From Oscillospiraceae bacterium (GTDB lineage Bacteria; Bacillota; Clostridia; Oscillospirales; CAG-272), in NCBI GenBank assembly GCA_015065065.1, contig SVQX01000002.1, positions 10,233-74,232 of the forward strand: a DNA stretch of 64,000 nt, in the 5' to 3' direction. Below the pieces are notes generated by a model, which saw only the letters and a program-made list of their open reading frames with translations, made no database searches and was not told the origin of the DNA. A program made the position numbers and the translations under genes. Position 1 is the first letter of the stretch; the number at the start of each line of letters is the position of its first letter. Below are positions 20,146 through 28,009 of the stretch, piece after piece.

Positions 20146-21156
20146 TTAAGCCGTCAGCCTTTCTTTGACGTAAGAAGCGCGCTCCTTTTCTACGCTGATG
20201 GAAGAACGGTTTTTGGACGTTGCTCCGTCACCCGACGCACAAAGCGTTGCGGGCAGTGCTTCGATCAGTAGAGCGGTAAGCAGCTCGGTCTTTACGTCTG
20301 TTATCATACCGAGCGAGATTCCAAGCCGCACCTCTGCGCTGTATTTTAGAAAGTCGGAATAGCTGAGCAGATTTGCGTAGCGCAAAATACCCTCGGCGCG
20401 CGTTGCCGCGTCGGCTGTGCGCTCGTATTCCTCACCGACGATTTCGCGTCGCTGTGAGCGTTCACTGTCTATTATTTCGCGCACTGTGCGGGAAAAATAT
20501 TCTACCAGCTTTGCCTGCGGCACATCGGTGATTTTGTTTGAGAGAATGTAAATATTGCTTTCGGTGGATTCGCTGAAGAAGGATTTGAGGCACATACCGC
20601 ATTTGGACAGCTTCTCGGACAGCGGCAAAATGAAGCAGGCTCTGCGCAGTGCGGGCAAAAACAGTAATACGGATATTTCTGCGCCCGAGCCGAGGAGGGC
20701 GGGGTCGGAGGTAAGATATCCGAATCTTTCGTCGTAGGCAAAATTGAATTTTGAATCAAGCAGCTCCTCGATCTTTTGCACAGCCGAGGATGCGTCCCTC
20801 AAATCAAATCCGGGGAGTATGCATTGAAGCTGGATATGCTCCCGTCTGCAAAGCATAGCTGACAAATTGCAGGGCTCGTTGAGATACAGTGCATGAGGCA
20901 GGCTTTCGCGGATAAAGTCGGGAGTTATATACATTTTCTCCGCTAACGAGTATGCGTTTGCATGAGAAATTTCGGAAAAATCCGTCTTATTAAATCCATT
21001 TGCCTCAAGAACGCCGCCAATTCTGTTGATTATCTCCTTGGCGGATGTGGCATCAAGCCGTGTGGGAAAGGGAAATTCCGCTATGTTGCGGGAGAGTCTG
21101 TAACGAGTGGATATAACGACGTCCTGCTCGTTACCGGGAATATTATACCAAGCCAT
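20146..21156 (-). CDS. mcsB: McsB-like protein (ATP:guanidino phosphotransferase fold) with divergent active-site motifs
   Basis: Collinear with McsB (RYRLSRN, HIQLQCILPGF, FGYLTS, FLPAL). Position between mcsA and clpC fits. Start at ATG 21156, 8 nt after GGAGG. See findings for the motif changes. Confidence 0.75.
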   Translation of the reverse strand: MAWYNIPGNEQDVVISTRYRLSRNIAEFPFPTRLDATSAKEIINRIGGVLEANGFNKTDFSEISHANAYSLAEKMYITPDFIRESLPHALYLNEPCNLSAMLCRREHIQLQCILPGFDLRDASSAVQKIEELLDSKFNFAYDERFGYLTSDPALLGSGAEISVLLFLPALRRACFILPLSEKLSKCGMCLKSFFSESTESNIYILSNKITDVPQAKLVEYFSRTVREIIDSERSQRREIVGEEYERTADAATRAEGILRYANLLSYSDFLKYSAEVRLGISLGMITDVKTELLTALLIEALPATLCASGDGATSKNRSSISVEKERASYVKERLTA

Positions 21157-21176
21157 AATTCTTACCTCCATATGTA

Positions 21177-21740
21177 TTATTTGATTGCAAATGCTTTTTC
21201 CATGTCGCGTATCCTGTCACGCAGAGTGGCGCAAAGCTCGTAGTTTTCGCTGCTTACAGCCTCTGCAAGCTCACCGCGAAGCTTGGATATTTTTTCAAGC
21301 ATTTCAAGCTTTACGCGGTGTGAGCGGGGAGGATCTCCCAAATATTTTCTGTCTGCACCAAGGCTTGAAAAGTTCATAATATCCACAGCCGCCGACAGCT
21401 CGTCCACAAATACAGAATAGCATCTGACACAGCCGACAAGCCTGCTCTCGCTTATCTCCGACAGTCCGATACCGCACCCGGGACACTTGATTCCCGAATC
21501 GCTTCGAACAGGAGAGTATTTTGGAATGGAAAGGGAGCTGAGTCCGCTCGGTAGCGCGCGCGGGATCTCCGTTACCTCCGAGGATAGTCCTGAAATCGCC
21601 GCGCTGAACTCCTCAAGCTCGCCCGACATCCGCATTGAATCCGCACATTCGGTGCAAAGATTGAATGAGCGCAATTCTCCGTACAGATTTTCCGTGTAAT
21701 AAATAACCGCTTTTTTCTTTTTGCATTTTTCACACAGCAT
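21177..21740 (-). CDS. mcsA: McsA-like protein (zinc-finger repeats plus UVR domain)
   Basis: CEKC..CTEC and CPGC..CVRC Cys pairs. C-terminal UVR motif (ENYELCATLRDRIRDME). Confidence 0.8.
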   Translation of the reverse strand: MLCEKCKKKKAVIYYTENLYGELRSFNLCTECADSMRMSGELEEFSAAISGLSSEVTEIPRALPSGLSSLSIPKYSPVRSDSGIKCPGCGIGLSEISESRLVGCVRCYSVFVDELSAAVDIMNFSSLGADRKYLGDPPRSHRVKLEMLEKISKLRGELAEAVSSENYELCATLRDRIRDMEKAFAIK

Positions 21741-21972
21741 TTTGATCTTGTCCTTTCGTTTTTTACTTTTATTATAATCCTCACATCGAGAAAATCATGT
21801 CGAAAAAGAAAGGCTCACAAAAGAAATTTTTGATTTTTTTGTCGCAAGGAAATCTATCTGACCACGCTGCGCGTTCACACGGAGTTCATATAAAGGTGCT
21901 ATAATACTGTGCTGAAGGTTTTGCCACGCGCATATAAGGCGGTGCGCAAAAATTTTGAAAGGAAAATTACTT

Positions 21973-23037
21973 ATGAGTTCAAGAAATAATAAAGGTGACT
22001 CCTGCCCAATGATGAAAACGTCCATTGGCGGTCAGGCTCTTATGGAGGGAATAATGATGCGCGGTCCGCAGACCACCGCTATGGCTGTGCGCAATCCGCA
22101 GGGGAAGATAGTTCTCGAAAAGTTTCCCACCTCCACAAAAAAGCGTTCCGTGCTTTACAGAATACCGATAGTTCGAGGAATTTTCAATTTCGGCTCTTCA
22201 ATGGCACTCGGTTATAAGTGCCTTATGCGCTCGGCAGAAATTTCGGGACTTGAGGAAGCCGAGGCAGAGCTGGAACGAGAAAAGAGAGAAAGGAAAGCGC
22301 AGAAAGCAGCTAAGAAGGCAGCTCGGCGCGGAGAGCCCGTTCCCGAACCCACGCCCGTCGAGGAAGCGACAGATGGCTCTGCAGAGGATAAAAAGCAATC
22401 CTCAGCTTTTGTGAACGTGGTAATGGTCTTGAGTGTTATTCTCGCGGTCGTTATCGCGGTCGGCTTGTTTTTTGTTCTCCCCGTATGGCTTTACGGCTTG
22501 TTGGGTAAGCTTATTCCGAGTATTGAGAATAACAGATTTATCATGTCAGCCTTTGAGGGCGTCGTGCGAGTGCTGCTGCTCGTCGGCTATATGCTGGCGG
22601 TTTCCTGCATGAAGGATATTCGCCGCACGTATATGTATCACGGTGCTGAGCATAAAACCATATTCTGCTATGAAAGCGGACTTGAGCTGACTGTCGAGAA
22701 CGTGAAAAAGGAGCGCAGATTCCACCCGAGATGCGGAACCTCCTTCCTCGTTCTTATGGTGTTCGTAAGTATCGTAGTCGGATTTTTCATACCGCCCGCA
22801 ATACCCAAGCTGTGGCGTTCTCTTATAAAGGTCGCACTCATTCCCATTATCGTGGGAATCGGCTACGAGCTTATAAAAATATGCGGCAAGTACGATAATT
22901 GGCTTACCCGTATTATTGCCGCACCCGGTCTTGCCTTTCAGCGTCTTACCGTTTTTGAGCCTACCGACGATATGATCGAGTGTGCCATAGCGGCAATGAA
23001 AGAGGTAATTCCCGAGGACGGAAGCGATAAAGTGTAA
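21973..23037 (+). CDS. DUF1385-family membrane protein
   Basis: N-terminal GGQALMEGIMMRGP, and HGAEHK and RCGTSF blocks typical of DUF1385. A roughly 54-aa Glu/Lys/Ala-rich insert lies at nt 22243-22404. The start is uncertain (ATG 21973 or 22009). Confidence 0.7.
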   Translation: MSSRNNKGDSCPMMKTSIGGQALMEGIMMRGPQTTAMAVRNPQGKIVLEKFPTSTKKRSVLYRIPIVRGIFNFGSSMALGYKCLMRSAEISGLEEAEAELEREKRERKAQKAAKKAARRGEPVPEPTPVEEATDGSAEDKKQSSAFVNVVMVLSVILAVVIAVGLFFVLPVWLYGLLGKLIPSIENNRFIMSAFEGVVRVLLLVGYMLAVSCMKDIRRTYMYHGAEHKTIFCYESGLELTVENVKKERRFHPRCGTSFLVLMVFVSIVVGFFIPPAIPKLWRSLIKVALIPIIVGIGYELIKICGKYDNWLTRIIAAPGLAFQRLTVFEPTDDMIECAIAAMKEVIPEDGSDKV

Positions 23038-23090
23038 TCAGCGCAGTAAGCGTTAGATAAATTTAAAACCAAATTTTCAGGAGGAAAATT

Positions 23091-23810
23091 ATGAAACACG
23101 TTGTTTGTAAAAGCTATGAGGAAATGTCCGAAAAGGCGGCGGCAATCGTCGCGGAGATAGTCAAGTCGAAGCCCGACTGCGTGCTGGGACTTGCTACCGG
23201 ATCAACACCTGTCGGCATGTATACTAAGCTTGCCGAGATGTGTGAAGCGGGAGAGCTTGATTTTTCCCGCGTAAAGTCGGTCAACCTTGACGAATATTAT
23301 CCCATAAGCCCCGATAACGATCAGAGCTACCGCTATTTCATGAATGAAAAGCTGTTTGATAAAATAAACATTGACAAGGCGAACACCTATGTTCCCGACG
23401 GCTCTGCTGCAGACCCCGAGAAGGCTTGTGCCGACTATGAAAAGATTGTCGATAGCATGGGACAGGTAGACATCCAGATCCTCGGTATCGGTCAGAACGG
23501 TCATATCGGCTTTAACGAGCCCGCCGACAAGCTCTATCCCTTGACTCACGTCACTGGACTTACCGAAAGCACTATCAACGCCAACGCAAGATTTTTCAAT
23601 TCTATCGACGAAGTACCCACAAAGGCACTTACTATGGGAATCGGTACTATTTTGCGCGCAAAGAAAATCATCATCCTTGCAAACGGTGTGGCTAAGCGCG
23701 ACGCTGTGCGTAAGATGCTTGAAGGTATGCTGGATTGCTCTTGCCCTGCATCTATGCTTAACGTCCACACCGACGTAGTGGTTATCTGCGACGAGGCAGC
23801 TTACAACTAA
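23091..23810 (+). CDS. nagB: glucosamine-6-phosphate deaminase
   Basis: GLATGSTP, NLDEY and GIGQNGHIGFNEP motifs. Confidence 0.9.
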   Translation: MKHVVCKSYEEMSEKAAAIVAEIVKSKPDCVLGLATGSTPVGMYTKLAEMCEAGELDFSRVKSVNLDEYYPISPDNDQSYRYFMNEKLFDKINIDKANTYVPDGSAADPEKACADYEKIVDSMGQVDIQILGIGQNGHIGFNEPADKLYPLTHVTGLTESTINANARFFNSIDEVPTKALTMGIGTILRAKKIIILANGVAKRDAVRKMLEGMLDCSCPASMLNVHTDVVVICDEAAYN

Positions 23811-23832
23811 AATATTCCACCGCCGCTCTGCC

Positions 23833-23862
23833 GCATAACACTGCGGTACGTCGGTCAATACT
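23833..23862 (+). promoter_or_regulatory. candidate forespore (SigF/SigG-type) promoter for sigG
   Basis: GCATA, 15 nt, GGTCAATACT. This is an imperfect match to the GyATA-15-GGnnAnAnTa pattern I recall. Confidence 0.3.
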
Positions 23863-23891
23863 CCCGATAGTAAATTATCAGGAGTATTGTT

Positions 23892-24671
23892 ATGTACCAC
23901 AATAAGGTAGTCATCTGCGGCGTCAATACGTCAAAGCTCAAGGTTTTGAGCGAGGAAGAAAAAAAGTCTTTAATGACAAGAATAAAACAAGGCGACAGGG
24001 AAGCGCGGACAGAAATGATATGCGGTAATCTTCGCCTTGTACTTTCAATAGTACAACGCTTTTCGGGGCGACGCGAAAATCTTGACGACCTTTTTCAGGT
24101 TGGCTGTATAGGTCTTGTCAAGGCAGTGGATAACTTTGACATTACCAAGGAGGTCATGTTTTCCACCTATGCCGTCCCGATGATAATAGGTGAGGTCAGA
24201 AGGTACTTGCGGGATAATGCATCCATACGCATCAGCCGCTCGGTGCGCGACCTTGCTTACCGTGCGCTTGGAGCGCGCGAGGAGCTTGCCAATCAACTCC
24301 AGCGTGAGCCAACGGCTGACGAGATAGCACGTCACCTGGACGTACCGCGCGCACAGGTAGTACACGCTATGGAGGCGATAATTGAGCCGGTGTCACTATA
24401 CGAGCCGATATTTAACGATAACGGCGATTCGCTTTACGTTATCGATCAGCTCAGCGACAGCTCGCGCGGAGCGTCGGACGAATCCTGGCTTGAAAATATT
24501 GCTCTCAGAGAAGCGGTGGCAACGCTGACTCCGAGAGAGCAGGCAATAATCAATATGCGCTTTTATAAGGATAAAACACAAATGGAAATCGCCTCCGAAA
24601 TAGGTATTTCTCAGGCGCAGGTGTCACGCCTTGAAAAGGCAGCACTTGAAAAATTAAAAAAACAGCTTTAA
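23892..24671 (+). CDS. sigG: sporulation sigma factor SigG
   Basis: Near-collinear with B. subtilis SigG as I recall it (NKVxICGVxTSKLxVL, GNLRLVLSxxQRF, DDLFQVGCIGLxKxVDNFD, FSTYAVPMIIGExRRYLRDN). Confidence 0.85.
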   Translation: MYHNKVVICGVNTSKLKVLSEEEKKSLMTRIKQGDREARTEMICGNLRLVLSIVQRFSGRRENLDDLFQVGCIGLVKAVDNFDITKEVMFSTYAVPMIIGEVRRYLRDNASIRISRSVRDLAYRALGAREELANQLQREPTADEIARHLDVPRAQVVHAMEAIIEPVSLYEPIFNDNGDSLYVIDQLSDSSRGASDESWLENIALREAVATLTPREQAIINMRFYKDKTQMEIASEIGISQAQVSRLEKAALEKLKKQL

Positions 24672-24679
24672 TAGCCGTC

Positions 24680-24815
24680 ATGGAGTGTGAAATGTGCAGT
24701 TGCACGGATCGGATGAGCCAAGTCGGGCGGTCACCATGGGATTTCGCGGCAGGTGCCGTGATCCTTATCGCGCTGTGAGGTTACATAACCGACTTTTCGG
24801 TCGATGTGCATTAGT
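24680..24815 (+). pseudogene. decayed 3' fragment of an inositol-monophosphatase (SuhB/IMPase) family gene
   Basis: One frame reads ..VGRSPWDFAAGAVILIAL*GYITDFSVDVH*. This matches the IMPase C-terminal signature (E. coli SuhB: LRPWDFAAGELLVREAGGIVSDFTGG) but has an in-frame TGA, no RBS and no N-terminal roughly 220 aa. Confidence 0.55.
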
Positions 24816-24865
24816 ATGCGGAAAATTTTACATTTTTTGTCTGTAACACGAAAAAAATTTGCGTT

Positions 24866-24885
24866 TTCGCGCAATTTCGCGCAAT
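24866..24885. repeat. tandem direct 10-mer (TTCGCGCAAT x2) in the pyrH upstream region
   Basis: Read directly from the sequence: TTCGCGCAAT TTCGCGCAAT. Confidence 0.7.
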
Positions 24886-24992
24886 AAAATATAAATATTT
24901 ACAATTTACTGTTTAAATTTTATTATTGAATGTAGTATAATGTTTCTTAAGGATATAATTTTTGACTGTTTAAAGGGAAGTGAGGCTTTATT

Positions 24993-25712
24993 ATGAGTAA
25001 ACCTATCTACCGCAGAGTCCTGCTTAAGCTGTCCGGTGAGGCGCTTGCGCCTGCCGATAAGGATGCCGGAATTCTTGACTTTGAGTTTATCGACCGCATA
25101 GCCGAGGTGCTGAAAAAGTGCCAAGCCGAAGGAGTGCAGATCGCCATTACCGTTGGCGCGGGAAATATTTGGCGCGGAAAGCAGGCAAATCCGAGGATGG
25201 AGCGCGTCCGTGCGGACAATATGGGTATGCTTGCAACTACAATTAACGCGATTGCGCTGAAGGACGCCTTTGTTAACGCAGGTCTTGACGCTGTCGTTAT
25301 GACGACCGTGGAGATGCAGATGTTTGCCGACTACTACATACCCCGCAAGGCAATCGAAAACCTTGAGGCGGGCAAAATAGTCATTTTCGGTTGCGGACTC
25401 GGCGTTCCGTATTTTTCGACTGACACCCCCGCAGTTCTGCGCGCGGCTGAAATCCACGCGGATGCAGTGCTGATGGCTAAAAATGTGGATTACCTCTACG
25501 ATTCCGACCCACGCAAAAATCCCGACGCCAAGCCCTTCTACGATATTACGTATACCGAGATCCTGGACCGCGATCTCAAGGCATTTGACCTTACGGCTGT
25601 TTCATTCTGCCGCGAGAATAATATCGAAACCTACGGGTTTGCTCTTGCCGATCCCGAAAACATTTACAAGGCAATTATGGGCGAACACGTCGGTACGAGA
25701 ATGCACTCTTGA
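24993..25712 (+). CDS. pyrH: UMP kinase
   Basis: RVLLKLSGEAL and GAGNIWRG motifs. Confidence 0.95.
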   Translation: MSKPIYRRVLLKLSGEALAPADKDAGILDFEFIDRIAEVLKKCQAEGVQIAITVGAGNIWRGKQANPRMERVRADNMGMLATTINAIALKDAFVNAGLDAVVMTTVEMQMFADYYIPRKAIENLEAGKIVIFGCGLGVPYFSTDTPAVLRAAEIHADAVLMAKNVDYLYDSDPRKNPDAKPFYDITYTEILDRDLKAFDLTAVSFCRENNIETYGFALADPENIYKAIMGEHVGTRMHS

Positions 25713-25752
25713 ATAAAAAACTCACGAAATACATCTGAAAGGAATAACTATT

Positions 25753-26307
25753 ATGAAGTACGACTCCAAATCTCTTGAAGCAAAAATGCAAAAGACCATT
25801 GCTGCTTACGAGGCAAACCTTGCTGACGTCAGAGCAAGCCAGGCAAATGCCGCAATACTTAACCGCGTAACCTTTGAATACTACGGCTCACAGACTCCTA
25901 TCAACACTATGGCTGATATCCGTATGGCGGATGCGAGAACTCTCATTATCACTCCTTACGATAAGTCCACCCTGAAGGCTATGGAGAAGGCTATCCTTAT
26001 CTCGGATATCGGTATCACCCCCGCAAACGACGGTACGTCTATCCGTCTGTCCTTCCCTCAGCTTACCGAGGAGCGCCGCCGCGAGATCTCAAAGCAGGTG
26101 CAGAAGATGGGCGAGGAGGCAAAGGTAGCTTTGCGTAACGAGCGCCGTTCCGCTAATGACGCTGTAAAGAAGATGAAAAAGGATGGCGAGATGACCGAGG
26201 ACGACGTTACGGCTGCTGAGAAGGTCATCCAGGACATTACGGATAAGTTCGTCAAGAATGTAGACGCACTTACCGCAAAGAAGGAAAAGGAGCTTATGGC
26301 TATCTGA
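25753..26307 (+). CDS. frr: ribosome recycling factor
   Basis: 184 aa with ITPYDKS..AIxxSDIGxxPxNDG and LTEERRRE blocks. Confidence 0.95.
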   Translation: MKYDSKSLEAKMQKTIAAYEANLADVRASQANAAILNRVTFEYYGSQTPINTMADIRMADARTLIITPYDKSTLKAMEKAILISDIGITPANDGTSIRLSFPQLTEERRREISKQVQKMGEEAKVALRNERRSANDAVKKMKKDGEMTEDDVTAAEKVIQDITDKFVKNVDALTAKKEKELMAI

Positions 26308-26327
26308 GTCAAGGCTTGCCACACATC

Positions 26328-26349
26328 GGGCTGTCTGTTACGGCAGCCC
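26328..26349 (+). terminator. hairpin after frr (possible weak terminator/attenuator)
   Basis: GGGCTGTC/GGCAGCCC stem with a 6-nt loop. The downstream T-tract is poor. Confidence 0.3.
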
Positions 26350-26398
26350 CATTTGTGGATTTATTACCTAAAAAAATTCGATTTTACGGAGCTTGGAT

Positions 26399-27139
26399 AT
26401 GTTGTTTTTTAAGAAAAAAGCCTCCAAAAAGGAGCTTCCGTCTGTTGAAAAGCTACGCCCTGACGGTAGCTTCAAGCATATCGCATTCATTATGGACGGC
26501 AACGGCAGATGGGCGACGGAGCAGGGTATGCCTCGCGAGTACGGTCACAGCGCAGGTGCCAAGACCATGAAAAAGGTGTGTACATACTGCTGTGATATAG
26601 GCTTTAAGGCTTGTACCGTATACGCTTTTTCCACTGAAAACTGGAAGCGTCCTGAAAAAGAGGTCAATGCAATCATCAAGATCCTCGAAAACTATATGGA
26701 CGAGATAATACGTGACTACAAATCCTATCATAACCACTTCAAGTTTATCGGCGATCTGTCAGTTTTGCCTCCCGAGCTTCTGGAGAAGGTAAGAAAGGTT
26801 GAAAGCCTTAACCTTGAATACGATCAGGTCTTTAATATTGCGTTCAATTACGGAGGACGCTCCGAGCTTGCCAATGCGTTTAACCGCTTGGCGAGTAAGG
26901 GAATCACGCATGCAAGTGAAGATGATATATCCGCGGAGATATATACCGCGCATTGCGGCGATCCCGATATGATCGTGCGCACGGGCGGAGATATGCGCAT
27001 TTCCAATTTTCTTTTGTGGCAGGCGGCTTATGCCGAGTTGTATTTTACGGATAAATTCTGGCCCGACCTTACAGAGGACGATGTAGACGAGATAATACGG
27101 GTATTCTATTCCCGTAAACGCAGATACGGCGGTATCTGA
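26399..27139 (+). CDS. uppS: isoprenyl transferase (undecaprenyl-diphosphate synthase)
   Basis: HIAFIMDGNGRWA, and RTGGDMRISNFLLWQAAYAELYF. Confidence 0.95.
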   Translation: MLFFKKKASKKELPSVEKLRPDGSFKHIAFIMDGNGRWATEQGMPREYGHSAGAKTMKKVCTYCCDIGFKACTVYAFSTENWKRPEKEVNAIIKILENYMDEIIRDYKSYHNHFKFIGDLSVLPPELLEKVRKVESLNLEYDQVFNIAFNYGGRSELANAFNRLASKGITHASEDDISAEIYTAHCGDPDMIVRTGGDMRISNFLLWQAAYAELYFTDKFWPDLTEDDVDEIIRVFYSRKRRYGGI

Positions 27140-27173
27140 CGTATAATTTCACTTTGAAAGGTGATGAATTTAA

Positions 27174-27995
27174 ATGCTTAAACGTATTATTACCTCACTT
27201 GTTGCGCTGTGCATCCTGATACCAGTACTTATTTTTGCAGATACTCCCGCGCTGACCGTAGGACTCGCTGTCGTGGCGTGTCTTGCCGTTTGGGAGGTGT
27301 TCCACTGTGTGGGACTGCATAAAAATATCGCTATCAGCCTGCCGTTTTATCTTTGTGCCGCAGCTGCGACCTTTGCGACACGCCATTTGGATAAGGTACT
27401 GTTTTTCAAATTAGCCGTCGGAGTTTTTCTCGGTCTGTTGCTCTACATCTTTGCGGCAATGGTGCTGGGACATAAAAAGGCTAAGATGACTGAGATGTTC
27501 GCCGCTTACATGATGTTTATATACGCTATTGCAGGATGCTGCTCCATAGTGTATCTGCACGACGTACAGGAGGGTGGAGAGTACGTATTTCTCTTGATAT
27601 TCCTCGGTGCATGGGTAACTGACATATTTGCGTATTTTACGGGATTTTTCCTTGGAAAGCACAAGCTTATTCCGGAGGTTAGCCCCAAAAAGACGGTGGA
27701 GGGAAGCATTGGCGGTATTTTCTTCTGCGCGGTTTCCTTCGTGGTTTTCGGACTAGTTTACAATCACTGGTTTGCGCCCGAGGGGGCTGCCGTTTCACTG
27801 ATAGCGCTGGCGATCATCGGAGTCGTTACCTCGGTCGTTGCACAGATAGGCGATCTCGCGCTCTCCGTGGTAAAGAGATATTACGGTATTAAGGACTACG
27901 GCTGGATATTCCCCGGACACGGCGGCGTGCTTGACAGATTTGACTCCCTTTTTGCTGTCGCAATTTGTCTTGCTATGGCGTTTGCCTTTGTATAA
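27174..27995 (+). CDS. cdsA: phosphatidate cytidylyltransferase
   Basis: Polytopic membrane protein with the signature SVVKRYYGIKDYGWIFPGHGGVLDRFDS. Confidence 0.9.
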   Translation: MLKRIITSLVALCILIPVLIFADTPALTVGLAVVACLAVWEVFHCVGLHKNIAISLPFYLCAAAATFATRHLDKVLFFKLAVGVFLGLLLYIFAAMVLGHKKAKMTEMFAAYMMFIYAIAGCCSIVYLHDVQEGGEYVFLLIFLGAWVTDIFAYFTGFFLGKHKLIPEVSPKKTVEGSIGGIFFCAVSFVVFGLVYNHWFAPEGAAVSLIALAIIGVVTSVVAQIGDLALSVVKRYYGIKDYGWIFPGHGGVLDRFDSLFAVAICLAMAFAFV

Positions 27996-28009
27996 GAAAG
28001 GAATTTCTG

